DNA of 63,475 nt, the filler included, from Octopus bimaculoides (taxonomy: Eukaryota): the NCBI RefSeq assembly GCF_001194135.2. It is 7 parts of 7 records of this genome, joined end to end, with 100 filler letters (N's around TTAATTAATTAA, not from the genome) between each part and the next. Parts side by side here need not be neighbours in the genome. Positions count along the whole stretch, not along the records: positions 1 to 29,890 come from NC_069004.1; positions 29,991 to 46,791 come from NC_068983.1; 5 more parts are not named here. One strand, given 5' to 3'. The notes below the pieces were generated by a model. It searched no databases and was not told the origin of the DNA. It saw nothing but the letters and a program-made list of their open reading frames with translations. This document shows positions 22,700 to 34,910 of the stretch, one piece after another (the first letter of the stretch is position 1; each line of letters opens with the position of its first letter). The position numbers were made by a program, and so were the translations under genes.

Positions 22700-23320
22700 A
22701 GATGCAGACAGTCATGATGTGTATGTGGGTGGGCTCCTCTTAATAGTTGCATTTATATTTATTCCTTTATGTTTATATACATAGTTATCTATACATGAGC
22801 TGAGAGATAAAAGGAATCAAATGTAATGTGCAAGAGAAACAACTGCACAAGTACAGGCATGTAATGTGTATGGATGATAACAGCTGGATAAAGAAGTGCC
22901 AAGAGATCCGAGCTGAAGAAAGTTTTGTGAGAGAAAAACCAAAGAAGACAGAGAAAGAAAAGAGGAAAACTGATCTCAGCATGTTTAGTTTCCTGAAGTG
23001 CTCATCCAGCGACTGCACAAACATCTGAAAACAATGCCAGCAGCAGCCAACCATTGAAGACCAAGTCTGGCAGTGCAGACTACAGTGGTTTGGCTATGAC
23101 TGCAGGGTGAGCACTGGAAGACTACCACATCAACTTCTGAAACAGCAGCAACCCAATGCACTGGATTCTCCAGTGCAGTACATCAAAGAAGACACAAGCA
23201 AAACAAACTGAGTAAGACTGAAGTTACAGTGTCTCGACCTCAAGCATGCTAAAGCCAGAGCCATGGATTGGAAAGCATGGAATAACATCACCAGAGTCCA
23301 TCATCCAGAGGCACCCACAG
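22700..23320 (+). mobile_element. RTE-clade LINE C-terminal fragments (two adjacent pieces)
   Basis: IKCNVQEKQLHKYRHVMCMDDNSWIKKCQEIRAE...KPKKT, then QPTIEDQVWQCRLQWFGY..RVSTGRLPHQLL...MDWKAW. Confidence 0.65.
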
Positions 23321-23394
23321 CAGCATATTGGTTGAGAGGACAGCAACCCCCTCTGTTCATCAGCTGGGGGTTTAACAAAAAGATTTTCCTGAAG

Positions 23395-23718
23395 GAATGT
23401 AATGAAAACAAATGGTAAGATGCTGTGTTAGAAAGGAACTGTCTAACCCATGCAGGTATGGAAAACCGGATGTAAAATGATGCGTGGCCGTTGCCAGTAT
23501 CGCCTGACTGGCCTTCGTGCAGGTGACATGTAAAAGCACCTACTACACTCTCTGAGTGGTTGGCGTTAGGAAGGGCATCCAGCTGTAGAAACTCTGCCAA
23601 ATTTAGATTGGAGCCTGGTGTTGCCATCCTGTTTCACCAGTCCTCAGTCAAATCGTTCAACCCATGCTAGCATGGAAAGCGGACGTTAAACGACGATGAT
23701 GATGATGATGATGATGAT
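23395..23718 (+). mobile_element. RTE-type 3' tail element ending in (GAT)n
   Basis: tgcctgactggccttcgtgc...ggcgttaggaagggcatccagctgtagaaactctgcc...cccatgctagcatggaaagcggacgttaaacgacgatgatgat; near-identical copy at 24473-24675; related tail at 5220-5430. Confidence 0.8.
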
Positions 23719-23974
23719 GGTTATATAATAATATTAAATATTTGTGTTTTTATATTTATCATAAGTTCTTGTTCCCTACTTTTCTTCNNNNNNNNNNNNN
23801 NNNNNNNNNNNNNNNNNNNNNNNNNNNNNNNNNNNNNNNNNNNNNNNNNNNNNNNNNNNNNNNNNNNNNNNNNNNNNNNNNNNNNNNNNNNNNNNNNNNN
23901 NNNNNNNNNNNNNNNNNNNNNNNNNNNNNNNNNNNNNNNNNNNNNNNNNNNNNNNNNNNNNNNNNNNNNNNNNT

Positions 23975-26330
23975 TTCCCTCTTCCCCAAATTTCAGGCAG
24001 TGTGCCTATAGTAGAAAGGATGATTATTATTATTATTATTAAGGTGGTGATCTGGCAGAATCGTTAGCATGCCAGGTAAAATGCTTAGTGGTATTTCATC
24101 TGTCTTTATGTTCTGAGTTCAAATTGTGCCGAGGTCGATTTGGCCTTTCATCCTTTCGAGGTCGAAAAATTAAGTACCACTGGATCCGATGTAATTGACT
24201 AATCCCCTCCCCACAAATTTCAGGCCTTGTTCCTTTAGCAGAAACAATTATTATTATTATTAAGACAACAAGCTAGAAGAATTGTTAACATGTCAGATAT
24301 TTTGTCCATCTTTATGTTCTAAGTTCAAATCCAGCTGAGGTCAACTTTGCCTTTCATCCTTTCAGGGTCGATAAAATAAGTACCAGTTGAGTACTAGGGT
24401 TGATGCAATTGACGTACTCCCTCCTTCAAAATTGCTGGCCTTGTGCCAAAATTTGAAATCCTTATTATCATTTGCCTGACTGGCCTTCGTGCGGGTGGCA
24501 CGTAAAAGCACCCACTACACTCTCAGAGTGGTTGGCGTTAGGAAGGGCATCCAGCTGTAGAAACTCTGCCAAATCAGATTGGAGGCTGGTGTTGCCATCT
24601 GGTTTCACCAGTCCTCAGTCAAATCGTCCAACCCATGCTAGCATGGAAAGCGGATGTTAAATGATGATGATGATGATTTAGAGCAGCAGACTGGAAGAAG
24701 TGGTAGAAGGGACTAATTGCCTTGTAGCATTTGTTCCCCCACTTTACATTTTTGAGTTCAAATACTGCCAAGGTCAGCTTAGCTTTTATGATAAAAAAAA
24801 TAAAGTACCAGTCAAATACTGGGTTGAATTAGTCAACATTTGAAGCCTTTAAGCCTTGTGCCCGTCTAAGAAATAAGCATTATTATTTAAGGCAGTGGAT
24901 TGTCAGAATTAGTAAGGGAATTGGACGAAGTGCCTCTGGTTGTTTGTTTTGGGTTTTCAAGTTTCAAGTTCAATTCTCATTGAAATCAAATTTACATTTT
25001 ATCCTTCCAAGTTTGAGTAGATAAAGCACCAGTTAAGTACAAGAGTTGATATAATCAATGGATTAGTAGAATGATTAAAACAACAACCAAAATACTTTGC
25101 AGCATTTAGTAACAGTGCTGTAACAGTCTTGAGTTCAATTCCTTTGAGGTTAACTTTGCTATTTATCTATCAGTGGGTAAATACTATGTAGAGGTGCCCA
25201 TGGTATCAACTAAACTTCCCCCCTTCAAAATTGTTGGTGTCATACCTGATTAGTCCATGTTACTCTGTAAGGAGCATAGGGCTGGTTCCCCAAATATTAG
25301 CAAGATTACTCATGTTTGCCAGCTGAGGGGACTGGAACAGTGTGAAAAGAAGTGTTTTACACAAGAACACAATGCATTGCCCAGTCCAGGAATCGAAACC
25401 CCAATCTTATGATCATGAATCCAATACCTTAACCACTAAGACATGTGCTTCCACTATCATTATAATAATTATTATTTTATACTATTAATATTATTATTAT
25501 TAGCACGTCTGGCAAAATACTTAGTGGTATTTTGTCTGTCGCTATGTTCTGAGTTCAAATTCTGTTGGGTCAACTTTGCCCTTCAACCTTTCGGAGTCAA
25601 TAAACACTGGTGTCGACGTAATCAACTAGCTCCCTACCACAAAATTTCAGACCTTGTGCCTTTAGTAGAAAGGCACATGGCACAGTGGTTAGAGTGTCAG
25701 GCTCATAATCATGAGATAGTGAGTTCGATTTCCAGACCAGATTGTGTGATATGTTACTGAGCAAGTCGTTTTATTTCACTTTATTTCATGTTGTTTCAGT
25801 TCACTCATCTGAAGAAAAGAGTTGCAACATCACTGGTGCCAAGCTGTATCGGCCTTTGCCTTTTTGTTGGATAACACTGGTGGCATGGAGAGGGGAGGCT
25901 GGTATGCATGGGCAACTGCTGGTCTTCCATAAACAACCTTGCCTGGACTTGTGCCTCGGAGGGTAACTTTCTAGGTACAATCCCATAGTCATTCATGACT
26001 GATGGGGGGGGGGTCTTTATTAGTTTATATCACTATATTCTGAGTTCAAATCTTTCTGGGTCAACTTTGTGAGTACCAACATTGACTTAAAAGTTGGTAA
26101 CTTTCCCCCCAAGATGTGGATTAGTGCCCATGTTAGATATAATCATCATAATTATTGTGGTTGTAAGAGTGTTTAATGGCAGAATTGGTAGAGCGCTGTA
26201 CGAAAATATCTTTTAGCATTTGATAATATACCCATGTATTTTTTTCTTTCTTTATTTCAAGTTCAAATAACAGGCTAGATGAGATAAACTTTACCTTTTT
26301 ACCCATTTAGGGTTGATAAAATGGGATTCT
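23975..26330 (+). repeat. Third, more decayed SINE family B array with (ATT)n spacers, interrupted by other SINE/RTE-tail insertions
   Basis: Units at about 24041-24250, 24262-24460, 24680-24870, 24890-25250, 25500-25675 and 26030-26330; junction agaaaggatgattattattattattattaaggtggtgatctggcagaa. Confidence 0.75.
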
Positions 26331-27639
26331 TATCAGACTGTGGTTCATTCATTCGATTATACGCTTCACATAATATATGTGGCTTTGAGGTAAAATCAAA
26401 AATCATTATCATGACGGAACTAAATTACTTTATTTTACTCCATCTCGTTACATCCTAAACCTCGCCAGCGTAAACAATGTCCTCATTTTTTCCAGCGTCG
26501 AGAAAACAAGTACCAGTAATATAGTCGATTCAATTACCTATGTGCCCCATCTACCGCAAAATTATTGGCCTTGAGCCAGTGTGAGAAATAATTGTTGTTG
26601 ATTTCGTTCTTTCTTTCGTTTCGAGTATTTGGCACAAACATTCACATACTGAGTGGTATTTATTTTCGTTACAGGAGGGAGGGAAAAAAAATCTCCCATT
26701 GTAGCTAACATTAAAACGATTTACAACGAAGCATCTCATTCAATGAATGCAATAAAAGACTTGTAGTTAGTTAAATTGGATAGATTTGGCAAGCCGCTAT
26801 TTTAATTAAATAGGTAGGTACAACTTAGCTTGACCAATCCACAGCCACAAACAAATACAATCTGTATCAAAGCATTAAAGAGAAAAAGTAAAGGCATTTC
26901 CACCGAATGTAATTTAGTTTCCACTACTGGGAGGGACCAAAATTTGGAATGAATCGTGGTTGGAGTAATGTAACCATTAAATCCGACCGTGTTGTCCCAA
27001 AAATGGAAGGGAGAGAGAAAGATAGTGTGCGCTTTCAAGAACTTCTCCAAGTTAACTTGCCGCAGATTAACGTGTATTTTGAGGGTGAAAGAGGACGGAA
27101 CGATGGGGGAGTCCAACAAACATTCATATTACACCACACCAACACACAGACAGCACAAGAAATAACAACGATGCGTGTTACTTCGAAATCTCGACGAAAC
27201 TGAACGTTCCCCGAGTAGTTTAATTAGTTTCAGAACGCAAACATTTATTTTGTTTGTTTAATGTTTCACTTAACGATATTTACAGAAAGAAATCGAAAAA
27301 GATGTGTGTATATATATAAATAATATATATATATATATATATAAGAAACTTGTGAGGATTTACTTAGAAAAAAAGACATTTTTTTTAATGAGCCGTATAT
27401 ATTATCTCTCTCTATACATGTAGAAGTTTGGAATTATAAATGTAACGACTACCCCTCCGCCGAGAAACAACAGCATTATTTTCACCTCTTTTCTTCCTAA
27501 ACTTCGCTTTGGTTTTCAAACCAGCCCAACATGAATCTTCAAAGAAGACGAGAGGTTTATATTTATTTATTATTATTTTTAATATCTTTTTTTTTCTTTT
27601 CAAGTTTGGTTTGTATGTAAGTTTAAACTTCATACTCAC

Positions 27640-27778
27640 CACTTTTGCCGACACCTTCTGCCCCGACTACAGCTACTTTGGTTTCACCTAAAGATGATTT
27701 CTTCCTTTTCAGATAGGGTCTGAGTGTGGCCCCTGCTACAGGTCCGGCTTCTTGGATAGTTGTCCCAGAGCTGTTCAT
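27640..27778 (-). CDS. First coding exon of a Ras-superfamily small GTPase, RERG/RASL11/RASL12-like
   Basis: ATG at 27778 (in-frame TAA upstream) gives MNSSGTTIQEAGPVAGATLRPYLKRKKSSLGETKVAVVGAEGVGKS+G: beta-1 strand KVAVV and P-loop GxxxxGKS, ending in a phase-1 donor G|GTGAGT. RKKSSL before the P-loop resembles invertebrate RERG-like proteins (from memory, not searched). Confidence 0.85.
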
Positions 27779-28249
27779 AGCCTGCGCAAAAACAGCGACT
27801 TACCGAATTCTTTGATCAGTCATAGAAGTAAAGAAACCCTGCCAATTGTCTTTTTTGCTTCTTTCTCTCCTGTTCTTTTTCTTAAGTACTTATTGTCTGT
27901 ATTTAAGCAGATAGAGAGAGAGAGGGGGCGGATGCGGGTGTTTATAAGCGTGAATATATGTGTGTTGTGCGTGTATAATGACGGGGTTGGTGGTAGTTTG
28001 ACTGTCTGTTTATCTGCAGGTCTGTCAGTCAGTTGTTTGGAACAGGTAATCCAGTTGTTAAAATTATCTGAAAGTAATCTTCCGTTGACCATATAATAGT
28101 AAAGTAAAATTTAAAAACAAATATACGAAAAAAAAAACAAGAACAAACTTTTTGTTGTTGTTGTTGTTGTTAAACTACTAACGAATGTGTATATTTTATG
28201 GAGATTGGATGATACTGAGTTACCTAGGAACTATGTAGTAAGAAGAAAT

Positions 28250-29220
28250 TATGACTGACAGATGGTAGTTAACTGGCAGACACAGTGTAACAGAGGAGGG
28301 TTATTTGAGAATAGATAGAGGAACAAGAAGGAGTGGCGACTAGATAGAGTAATGAATACAAGGTATCTAAGACTTAGAGGTGGGAGACCGGAGTGGATGG
28401 AGTAGAGAAAAAGTATGAAACTGGCGGAGAGAGGATAGACAGAGTAATGAGTATAGAAAGGGGTATATGAAATAAAAGAAGGAGAAAAAGTAAGAGATAC
28501 AATAAAAAGTTTTAGGAGGAAGGGCAAAAAAAGATAGGGTTGATAGAGTAATGAATGTAATGAAACTTAAAGAGGAAGAGAACAAAAATGAGACAGTGAT
28601 AGAGGGCGAAAGTAAGAGATACACGGATAGTGAAAGAGAGAGATAGAGATAGAGAGATAAATACAAACGGGTGAAAGTGAGAAATAAGGAGATATTGATA
28701 GAGGGTGAAAGTGAGAGATAGAGAGAATGTGAAGAGAGTGAATGTGAGAAAGAGACAGTGATAGAGGATCAAAGTGAAAGAGGATGTGAGAGACAGTGAA
28801 AGAAGGCAGAGTGAAGTTTTTTTCGGATAAACGAGTGAGAGAGTAAATGAAACAGGTAGAGAGTGAGAGAGCAAAAGTAATGGATATAAGAGAGAGAGTG
28901 AACGTAAGAGAGATATAAAGAGAGGGAGAGAGAGAGAGTTGGTATAGAGAGAAAAGAAAGAAAGGACTACAGAGAAAGATAGACAGATAGAAACAGCTAG
29001 AAACTAATAAATAAATGAATAGATAAATAAAGCAGATAAAATAGATAAATAGTTTGATGGATAGACTGATAAATTAGTAGATAGATAGAGTAAGAGAGAA
29101 AGAGAGGGTGCCAGAGAGGGTTAGAGGAAGAAAGAGAGAAAAAGGGAGAGATGGGTATATGCTAGTCTAGGTATCTGTTAGTAAAAGAGAAGGTAGAGGA
29201 AGTAGGGGGAGGGGGGTTGT
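28250..29220 (+). repeat. Purine-rich (GA/GATA) low-complexity tract
   Basis: Degenerate (GA)n and (GATA)n runs. Confidence 0.85.
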
Positions 29221-29404
29221 ATTCTATTTTGGTGTAAAAACGGCCCACTTCTCAAAGTTATTTTTGTCCAAAACTCAGGCTTCCCTTCACCTTTCCAAGA
29301 ATCTTGCTGTCGCTTTTTGTTCTACCTCATCCCCCTCCGCAAAACATTGCAGTAAATATGATTGGTTATTTTTGTGTATGAAATACCGAAAATAACAACA
29401 CAAC

Positions 29405-29745
29405 GTCGACAAACCACCACCACGTCTACCACCACCACCACCACCACAATGATGATGCTGATGATGATGGCAATAACAATGGTAGTGATGATAAAAATGA
29501 TGATGATGATGATGATGATGATGATAGTGATAATGGAAAATGATGGTGATGGTGGTGGTGATGGCGATGACGACCATGGTGGTGGTGATTGTGGTGGTGG
29601 TGGTGGTAGTGGTGGTAATGATTACAATGGTGATGATGATGATGATGATTGGAGAACGATGACGACGAAAGAAACGAAGATGATGACGATGATAAAAGAA
29701 GAGGAACATTATGATGTTGATGACGATGATTGTGATGGTAATGAA
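29405..29745 (+). repeat. Compound trinucleotide microsatellite (ACC / ATG / GGT / GAC)
   Basis: Read directly. Confidence 0.9.
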
Positions 29746-29890
29746 AGTTCCAGACGACAGAGGAGATATAAAGAGGAATATTATGAAACTAGCAAAAGAA
29801 TGTTGTATAGTTCTCCTGAAAAAGAAAAAAAAACATTAAAAAAAAAACGGTAAAAATTGAAAGATTAACTATCTTTGATCAGGTAGTGTG

Positions 29891-29990
29891 NNNNNNNNNN
29901 NNNNNNNNNNNNNNNNNNNNNNNNNNNNNNNNNNTTAATTAATTAANNNNNNNNNNNNNNNNNNNNNNNNNNNNNNNNNNNNNNNNNNNN
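29891..29990. other. Artificial scaffold-joining spacer 44 N + TTAATTAATTAA + 44 N
   Basis: Identical 100-bp structure with the linker at 29935, 46836, 52076, 56375, 58527 and 61817; the palindromic linker carries stops in all six frames. Confidence 0.95.
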
Positions 29991-30023
<33 letters not shown>

Positions 30024-32023
30024 TGCATATGTATATGTATGCATGTATAAACTAAATACATGCAATGAGGTTTTCTGCTACGAATTGTTCCCGATGCAAA
30101 CAAATTGGTTAACGAACAGTTTTCCTGAAGAAATCATATACAGCCAACAAGTTACAAGTTTAAATTAAAAACAGCCGTGAGCAGACGACGTACTAATTTA
30201 ATCCACTGGGTGTATATGTGCGTAAACGATTGGGTGCCTATTTCATGCACTTTGTATTGAAAACATTTGGATTGCTTACATATTTGTCAAAGTAATATCA
30301 TGGATCGACAACAGCAAGAGGAAGGATAAATCTGTTGGGTAATTACACAAACATACACACATATATATACATGCACATATATTTATATATGTTCTACTAT
30401 TGAGTGGCAATATCCTTAAATACTATTGGTAGTTCATCACTTCACAATAAAACAAATTGTTATCCTTGCATATGTATCAGTAACATCTTTTATTGGAATA
30501 GGCATTTGCATTTAGTTTAAGTAATTATTTACATGTGTGATACATGTTGAATTTTGATTTAGACATTAAAGTTTTGAACTTCAGCCTCTGAAAAGTATTT
30601 TGTGTAATTATAGTCACCTTTAAATTTAGCCACCTATTTAAATGATAAGACTTCATGAATAGGCATGTCAAATTGTTGGAGATTCTTTAGCAATGAGTAA
30701 ATATTTTACTCTATATGAACCGATAAACAGTTGGAATTGAATACGCTTTTCTGCATAGACATTTGACATTGGTTGAATAAAAATAATCTACATTGTAGAC
30801 AGCTAGTAGGAGGATTCATAAAAAGACGCAAACCAATTTACAACATCCATGGAAATACGAATTAGGCATAGTTCAACGCTATAATAAATTCTGTGTCACT
30901 TGGAAGATTACAACATCATTCTTTCAAATCGTAAAAAAAATACTTTTTTCGCTTTAGCATTTAAAAGAGGGAAGTTGAATTTCGTCTATACTTACTTTAA
31001 ATTCTCAATGTGGTGCATAAATTTTCTTTCTCTTTATGAGGTTAAGTAATAGTAGATCATGGAATTCCAGATTCGCTAGCAGGTTCACGATTTCTTTTTT
31101 CCACAGCTAATTTTAATATTTGGAATGTTTATCCAGATCTATAAAACAGATAACTCTTTGAACATTCTTATTCATTTTAATATTATGGAAAGTGGTTCAC
31201 AGAATATTACACATTAAGTGTAGAAAATGTCTCTGCTGCGGTTCCTGTACTTTTCAACTTAGCGTTGCTTCTTAAAAGAACGTATTATTTTAACTATGGT
31301 AGTCACTAACACAGTAAGGAACTATGTACATCTACTTTGAATTGCGAGAAATTTGTTTGTTTTCATTTCAACCGTCTTGTTTATATTGAGATGTGTATAG
31401 GCTGGTGAAAGAATACGAAATTTCACAAACTGTTCATCGATCAACGTCTTTATGCATTTAAAGTTTCAAGAAAATTGTATAAAAACAATTTTAATGTGGG
31501 ATATACCCATAATTTTACACAATAGATATTTATATTGAATTTCAAATTATTTATTAATCTGTATCGTATCACATTGATAAAATTGCAACAAGAATGTCTT
31601 GTGTTATAAACTTCCCAGCAATACTTTATTGAGCAAGAGGGCACAACATATATCCGGACATTCAGGAATGTGAATGAGCCATAACCACGAGTGCGCTTAT
31701 ACTATCTTCTCAATTCAATAATTTTATAAGTGCTGGTAGCCTCATCACAAAAGGTTTTACATCAGTGTTGACCGTATATAGAACAGAGTCCGATATTTTC
31801 AGAGTAGCATGTTAATATTCAGACATTTGCGCACCGGGCAAAATGCATAACAACATTTCATCCATCATTATGTTCTGAGTTCAAATACCATCGAGGACGG
31901 GTATTTGCGACTGAAATATAAGGGTTTCGTGACAATATCAGCAATGTCAGAATCTTACCTATTTTACATTTTTCGCTTCTGCCTATATGTATATGTTTGG
32001 GTGTGTATACACACACACAGAGT

Positions 32024-32054
<31 letters not shown>

Positions 32055-32179
32055 GGTCTCTGATGGGTTTCAATTTTTAATAGATTCCTTAAATTTACAT
32101 ATAAATGCATGAACGTTTCACGCAATATAAAGAACATAAAGGAAATTAATATGCACGCGTCAAATTTTGCAACGCCACT

Positions 32180-32500
32180 CCATCACATATGAAAAGGACA
32201 TCGTTAAAATGGCAAAAATTTTGGTTTGGCATGCCCGTGCTCTTTACAAAACTCGCACCATGCCATCCTAAGACTACTCTTCACTGATTTCTTTATTGAT
32301 GTTCTCCTTCAGTTGCACCAAGGTCGCCGGTTTGTTGACATAAACCCTCTCTGTCCGGCATCCCAGCAGAATAAAATCCTGGCTAGTCAAGTCCGGAGAA
32401 TATGAAGGCCAGTTGACATTGCCGTAGCGGGAGATTATTCTCTCTCCAAAGTACTGCGGTAGCAACTGCATTGTTTCTCTTGCGGTATGAGAAGCTGCTC
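32180..32500 (-). mobile_element. Tc1/mariner-superfamily transposase C-terminal fragment
   Basis: FGERIISRYGNVNWPSYSPDLTSQDFILLG...VYVNKPATLVQLKENINKEI matches the WP.RSPDL...DF.LWG..K..VY..KP.TL..LK pattern. Confidence 0.85.
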
Positions 32501-32519
32501 GACCCTACTGGACCGATAT

Positions 32520-33700
32520 GTGAGGTTTAATTTGAATGGCCTTCACGTTGCCTAGAAATGAGACTCCATCTCATTTACAGCAGCATGCCTTTGCAGATCT
32601 AGAGAAAGTCTCATCTCCCTTTTGTTTTAGACTCGATCGTTTTAACCAGTTTTATGTAGTCGTATGTGTATATGTTTGTATTCATTGTAAATTAAAATAT
32701 AAGCAAATTGTAAGTAACTTGCAACTTTGCAACTGCTGCGATAACTATGAACTGTTAATTGAACGGTAGATGTGTATGTTATATAATTTGGACCTACCAC
32801 GTAATTGGTTTTTGTCAAGAGTTTTATCTCTAGCTCTTCTCATCACACATCTATATGTATGTGTAGATGTATGTGTGTGTTTCATGACGTACGTAATGGG
32901 CGCGCAAACACACACACACTCAGAGACACATACATATTAATATACAAACTGTGACGATACAAACACATACGATCTCACAGACAGTCACGTACATAGAGTA
33001 AGAGAGATACATACAGGCATACATTCACGCATGTCTGTCGTCACATGTGTATATCTATGTGCACATATGTGTATATGTTTACTAACGTACGTGACGCAGA
33101 ACCACAGACGTTTAGAGAGATATACACACTAATACACGCACACACATACAGTCACATACACAGTGTATGTGGTGTCTTCGTCGTACTATAAAATGTCTTT
33201 TATTATCTCGTACGTATGGAACACGCAAACTCACACACAAACATATACACTTATATAAAACGTCTTGTACTATAGTTAACAAAAGAAATATTATGTATAT
33301 GAAATGCTATCTTGTTTTAATCGAAATAAAGGAGAATGGCATGTTGACAGCTGTGGAGTGTAATACTATATAGTAAGAGAGATATACACAAGTATACATT
33401 CACGCATGACAGTCATCGCATATGTATATGTACGTGTAGATGTGTGCGTGCGTGTATGTTGAATAGTGTACCGAACACGGAAAAAAATACGCACACTCAG
33501 ACACATACACACGCATACACTCACATACATATAGAGACTCGTATACAAAATGTGACGTTGTCGTCAAACGAGAAAGCACTCACGAACAGACACTTGCACA
33601 CACATGTACTCACAAGCATACACTGAGAAGTACATACGCCCGATATACAAAATGTGACATTGACGCCATCGACGTGTACTATATTTGACTATAGGAATGT
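32520..33700 (-). mobile_element. Internally deleted Helitron-derived element (5' region plus one 23-aa repeat)
   Basis: Minus ESK...EMRLSLDLQRHAAVNEMES resembles the repeats at 34500-34850; block 32728-33195 is homologous to 35064-35508. Confidence 0.55.
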
Positions 33701-34239
33701 TATGTCTATAAAATGTTGTATTGTTTTAATGGAAACGATAAGAAATTTCATGTTGACACTTGCGGGGTATTATTCTATTACCTTGTAAAGTTTGATTTGA
33801 TTTGGTGAAGCCGTTTGAGACCGCATTGTGAACAGGCAGACAGAGAAACAGTGAATTATACATATGTTGATAAAGCGCATGTATTGAATGTTTTATTTAA
33901 GGGGTAATATATATTGTAAATATCGTGCAACCTTGCAACTGGTGCGTTAATTATTTAATGGTAATTCAACAGTAAATGTATAAGGTAAGATGATGTTAGT
34001 CTAATCACAGTTGAGTTGAAAATGAAAGAATAACACTGAACCATTATTATATCACATAAGTAGGGATACCCTGTATTGTTTGGGATTAAATCAGTGTAGT
34101 TTGTATATATATATATATATATATATATAGATAGATAGATAGATATATATATAGAGAGAGAGATAGATAGATATATATATATGTCAAAACAAGTCACACA
34201 GGAAAGTACAGCATTGAAGAAAAAACAGGTCACACAATA

Positions 34240-34910
34240 AAGTACAGCATTGGCGACAAAATATTGTGGATTAAATATTAAAGCTTTGCATAAACGACAA
34301 TTTGAGTTTTGTGAACCAATTGAGAATTATCATTTCTGTAACGTATGAAAGTGTATGTATGCATATCGATTATACCTAAAAGCATTGCAGGTATTGCGAA
34401 GAACGAATTTGTACGTGGTCTGTTTCTGGGAGCTATTCTGTTGAACATCTGTGTAATCTAGCGTGCTAAATTTTGTTTTAATGATTCAGCATTAAGTGGT
34501 ACAGCGTGCTTTTGCTGATCTTGAGAACGCCTCATCTCTTTTCTCTCTCGAGACTCTATCTGATGTGTTGCACCATGCCTTTGTTGATCTGGAGTAAATC
34601 TCATCTCCCTTCTGTCTTGGGACTTCATTAATAATGCTGCATTATGCTTTGCTGATGCTGAGAAAGCTTCATCTCGCTTCTCTCTTGAGACTGCATTTGA
34701 CGTGCTGCAGCATGCGTTTGGTGGTCTTTGGAAAGTGTCATGTCACTTCTCTATTCAGTCTCCAACTGACCTGCTGCAGTATGCCTTTGCTGATGATGAT
34801 CATGTCTCATGGCCCTTATCTCTTCAGACTCTCGCCTTCGCTTTATTGTACTTCTCATTGATTTGTTGGTGTTTCTGGAGAGATTACATCTTTTCTTTGG
34901 TGAATATGTT
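34240..34910 (-). mobile_element. Helitron Rep/helicase N-terminal remnant with five 23-aa (69-bp) repeats
   Basis: SPKKRCNLSRNTNKSMR...RRRESEEIRAMRHDHHQQRHTA / ARQMQSQERSEMKLSQHQQ / THQIESRERKEMRRSQDQQKHA, followed by NAFRYN...IGSQNSNCRLCKAL, the typical Helitron AF.Y...IG.M...C..C.A motif; unit starts at 34502, 34571, 34640, 34708 and 34777. Confidence 0.7.

Noticed and set aside
1-27639. Downstream exons of the Ras-like GTPase
   Set aside because: I inspected the unique-looking segments on the minus strand and found no ALTVRF/IGEY, DTAG-like or NKxD coding block; they may lie in N gaps or outside the window.
27926-27946. TATAAA (minus, 27941-27946) and GC box (27926-27931) as the GTPase promoter
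   Set aside because: Short motifs are common in this composition and the GC box lies downstream of the TATA; no TSS evidence.
29287-29853. Poly-T/M/G/D/H ORFs, and similar ones at 51415-51858, 39409-39597 and 62561-63049
   Set aside because: Translations of tri- and dinucleotide microsatellites, with no splice or domain support.
30600-31700. Possible very old Penelope/Naiad-like RT on the minus strand (SFTSLYTS resembling DFSTLYT)
   Set aside because: Only one short motif among many stops; not supportable without a profile search.
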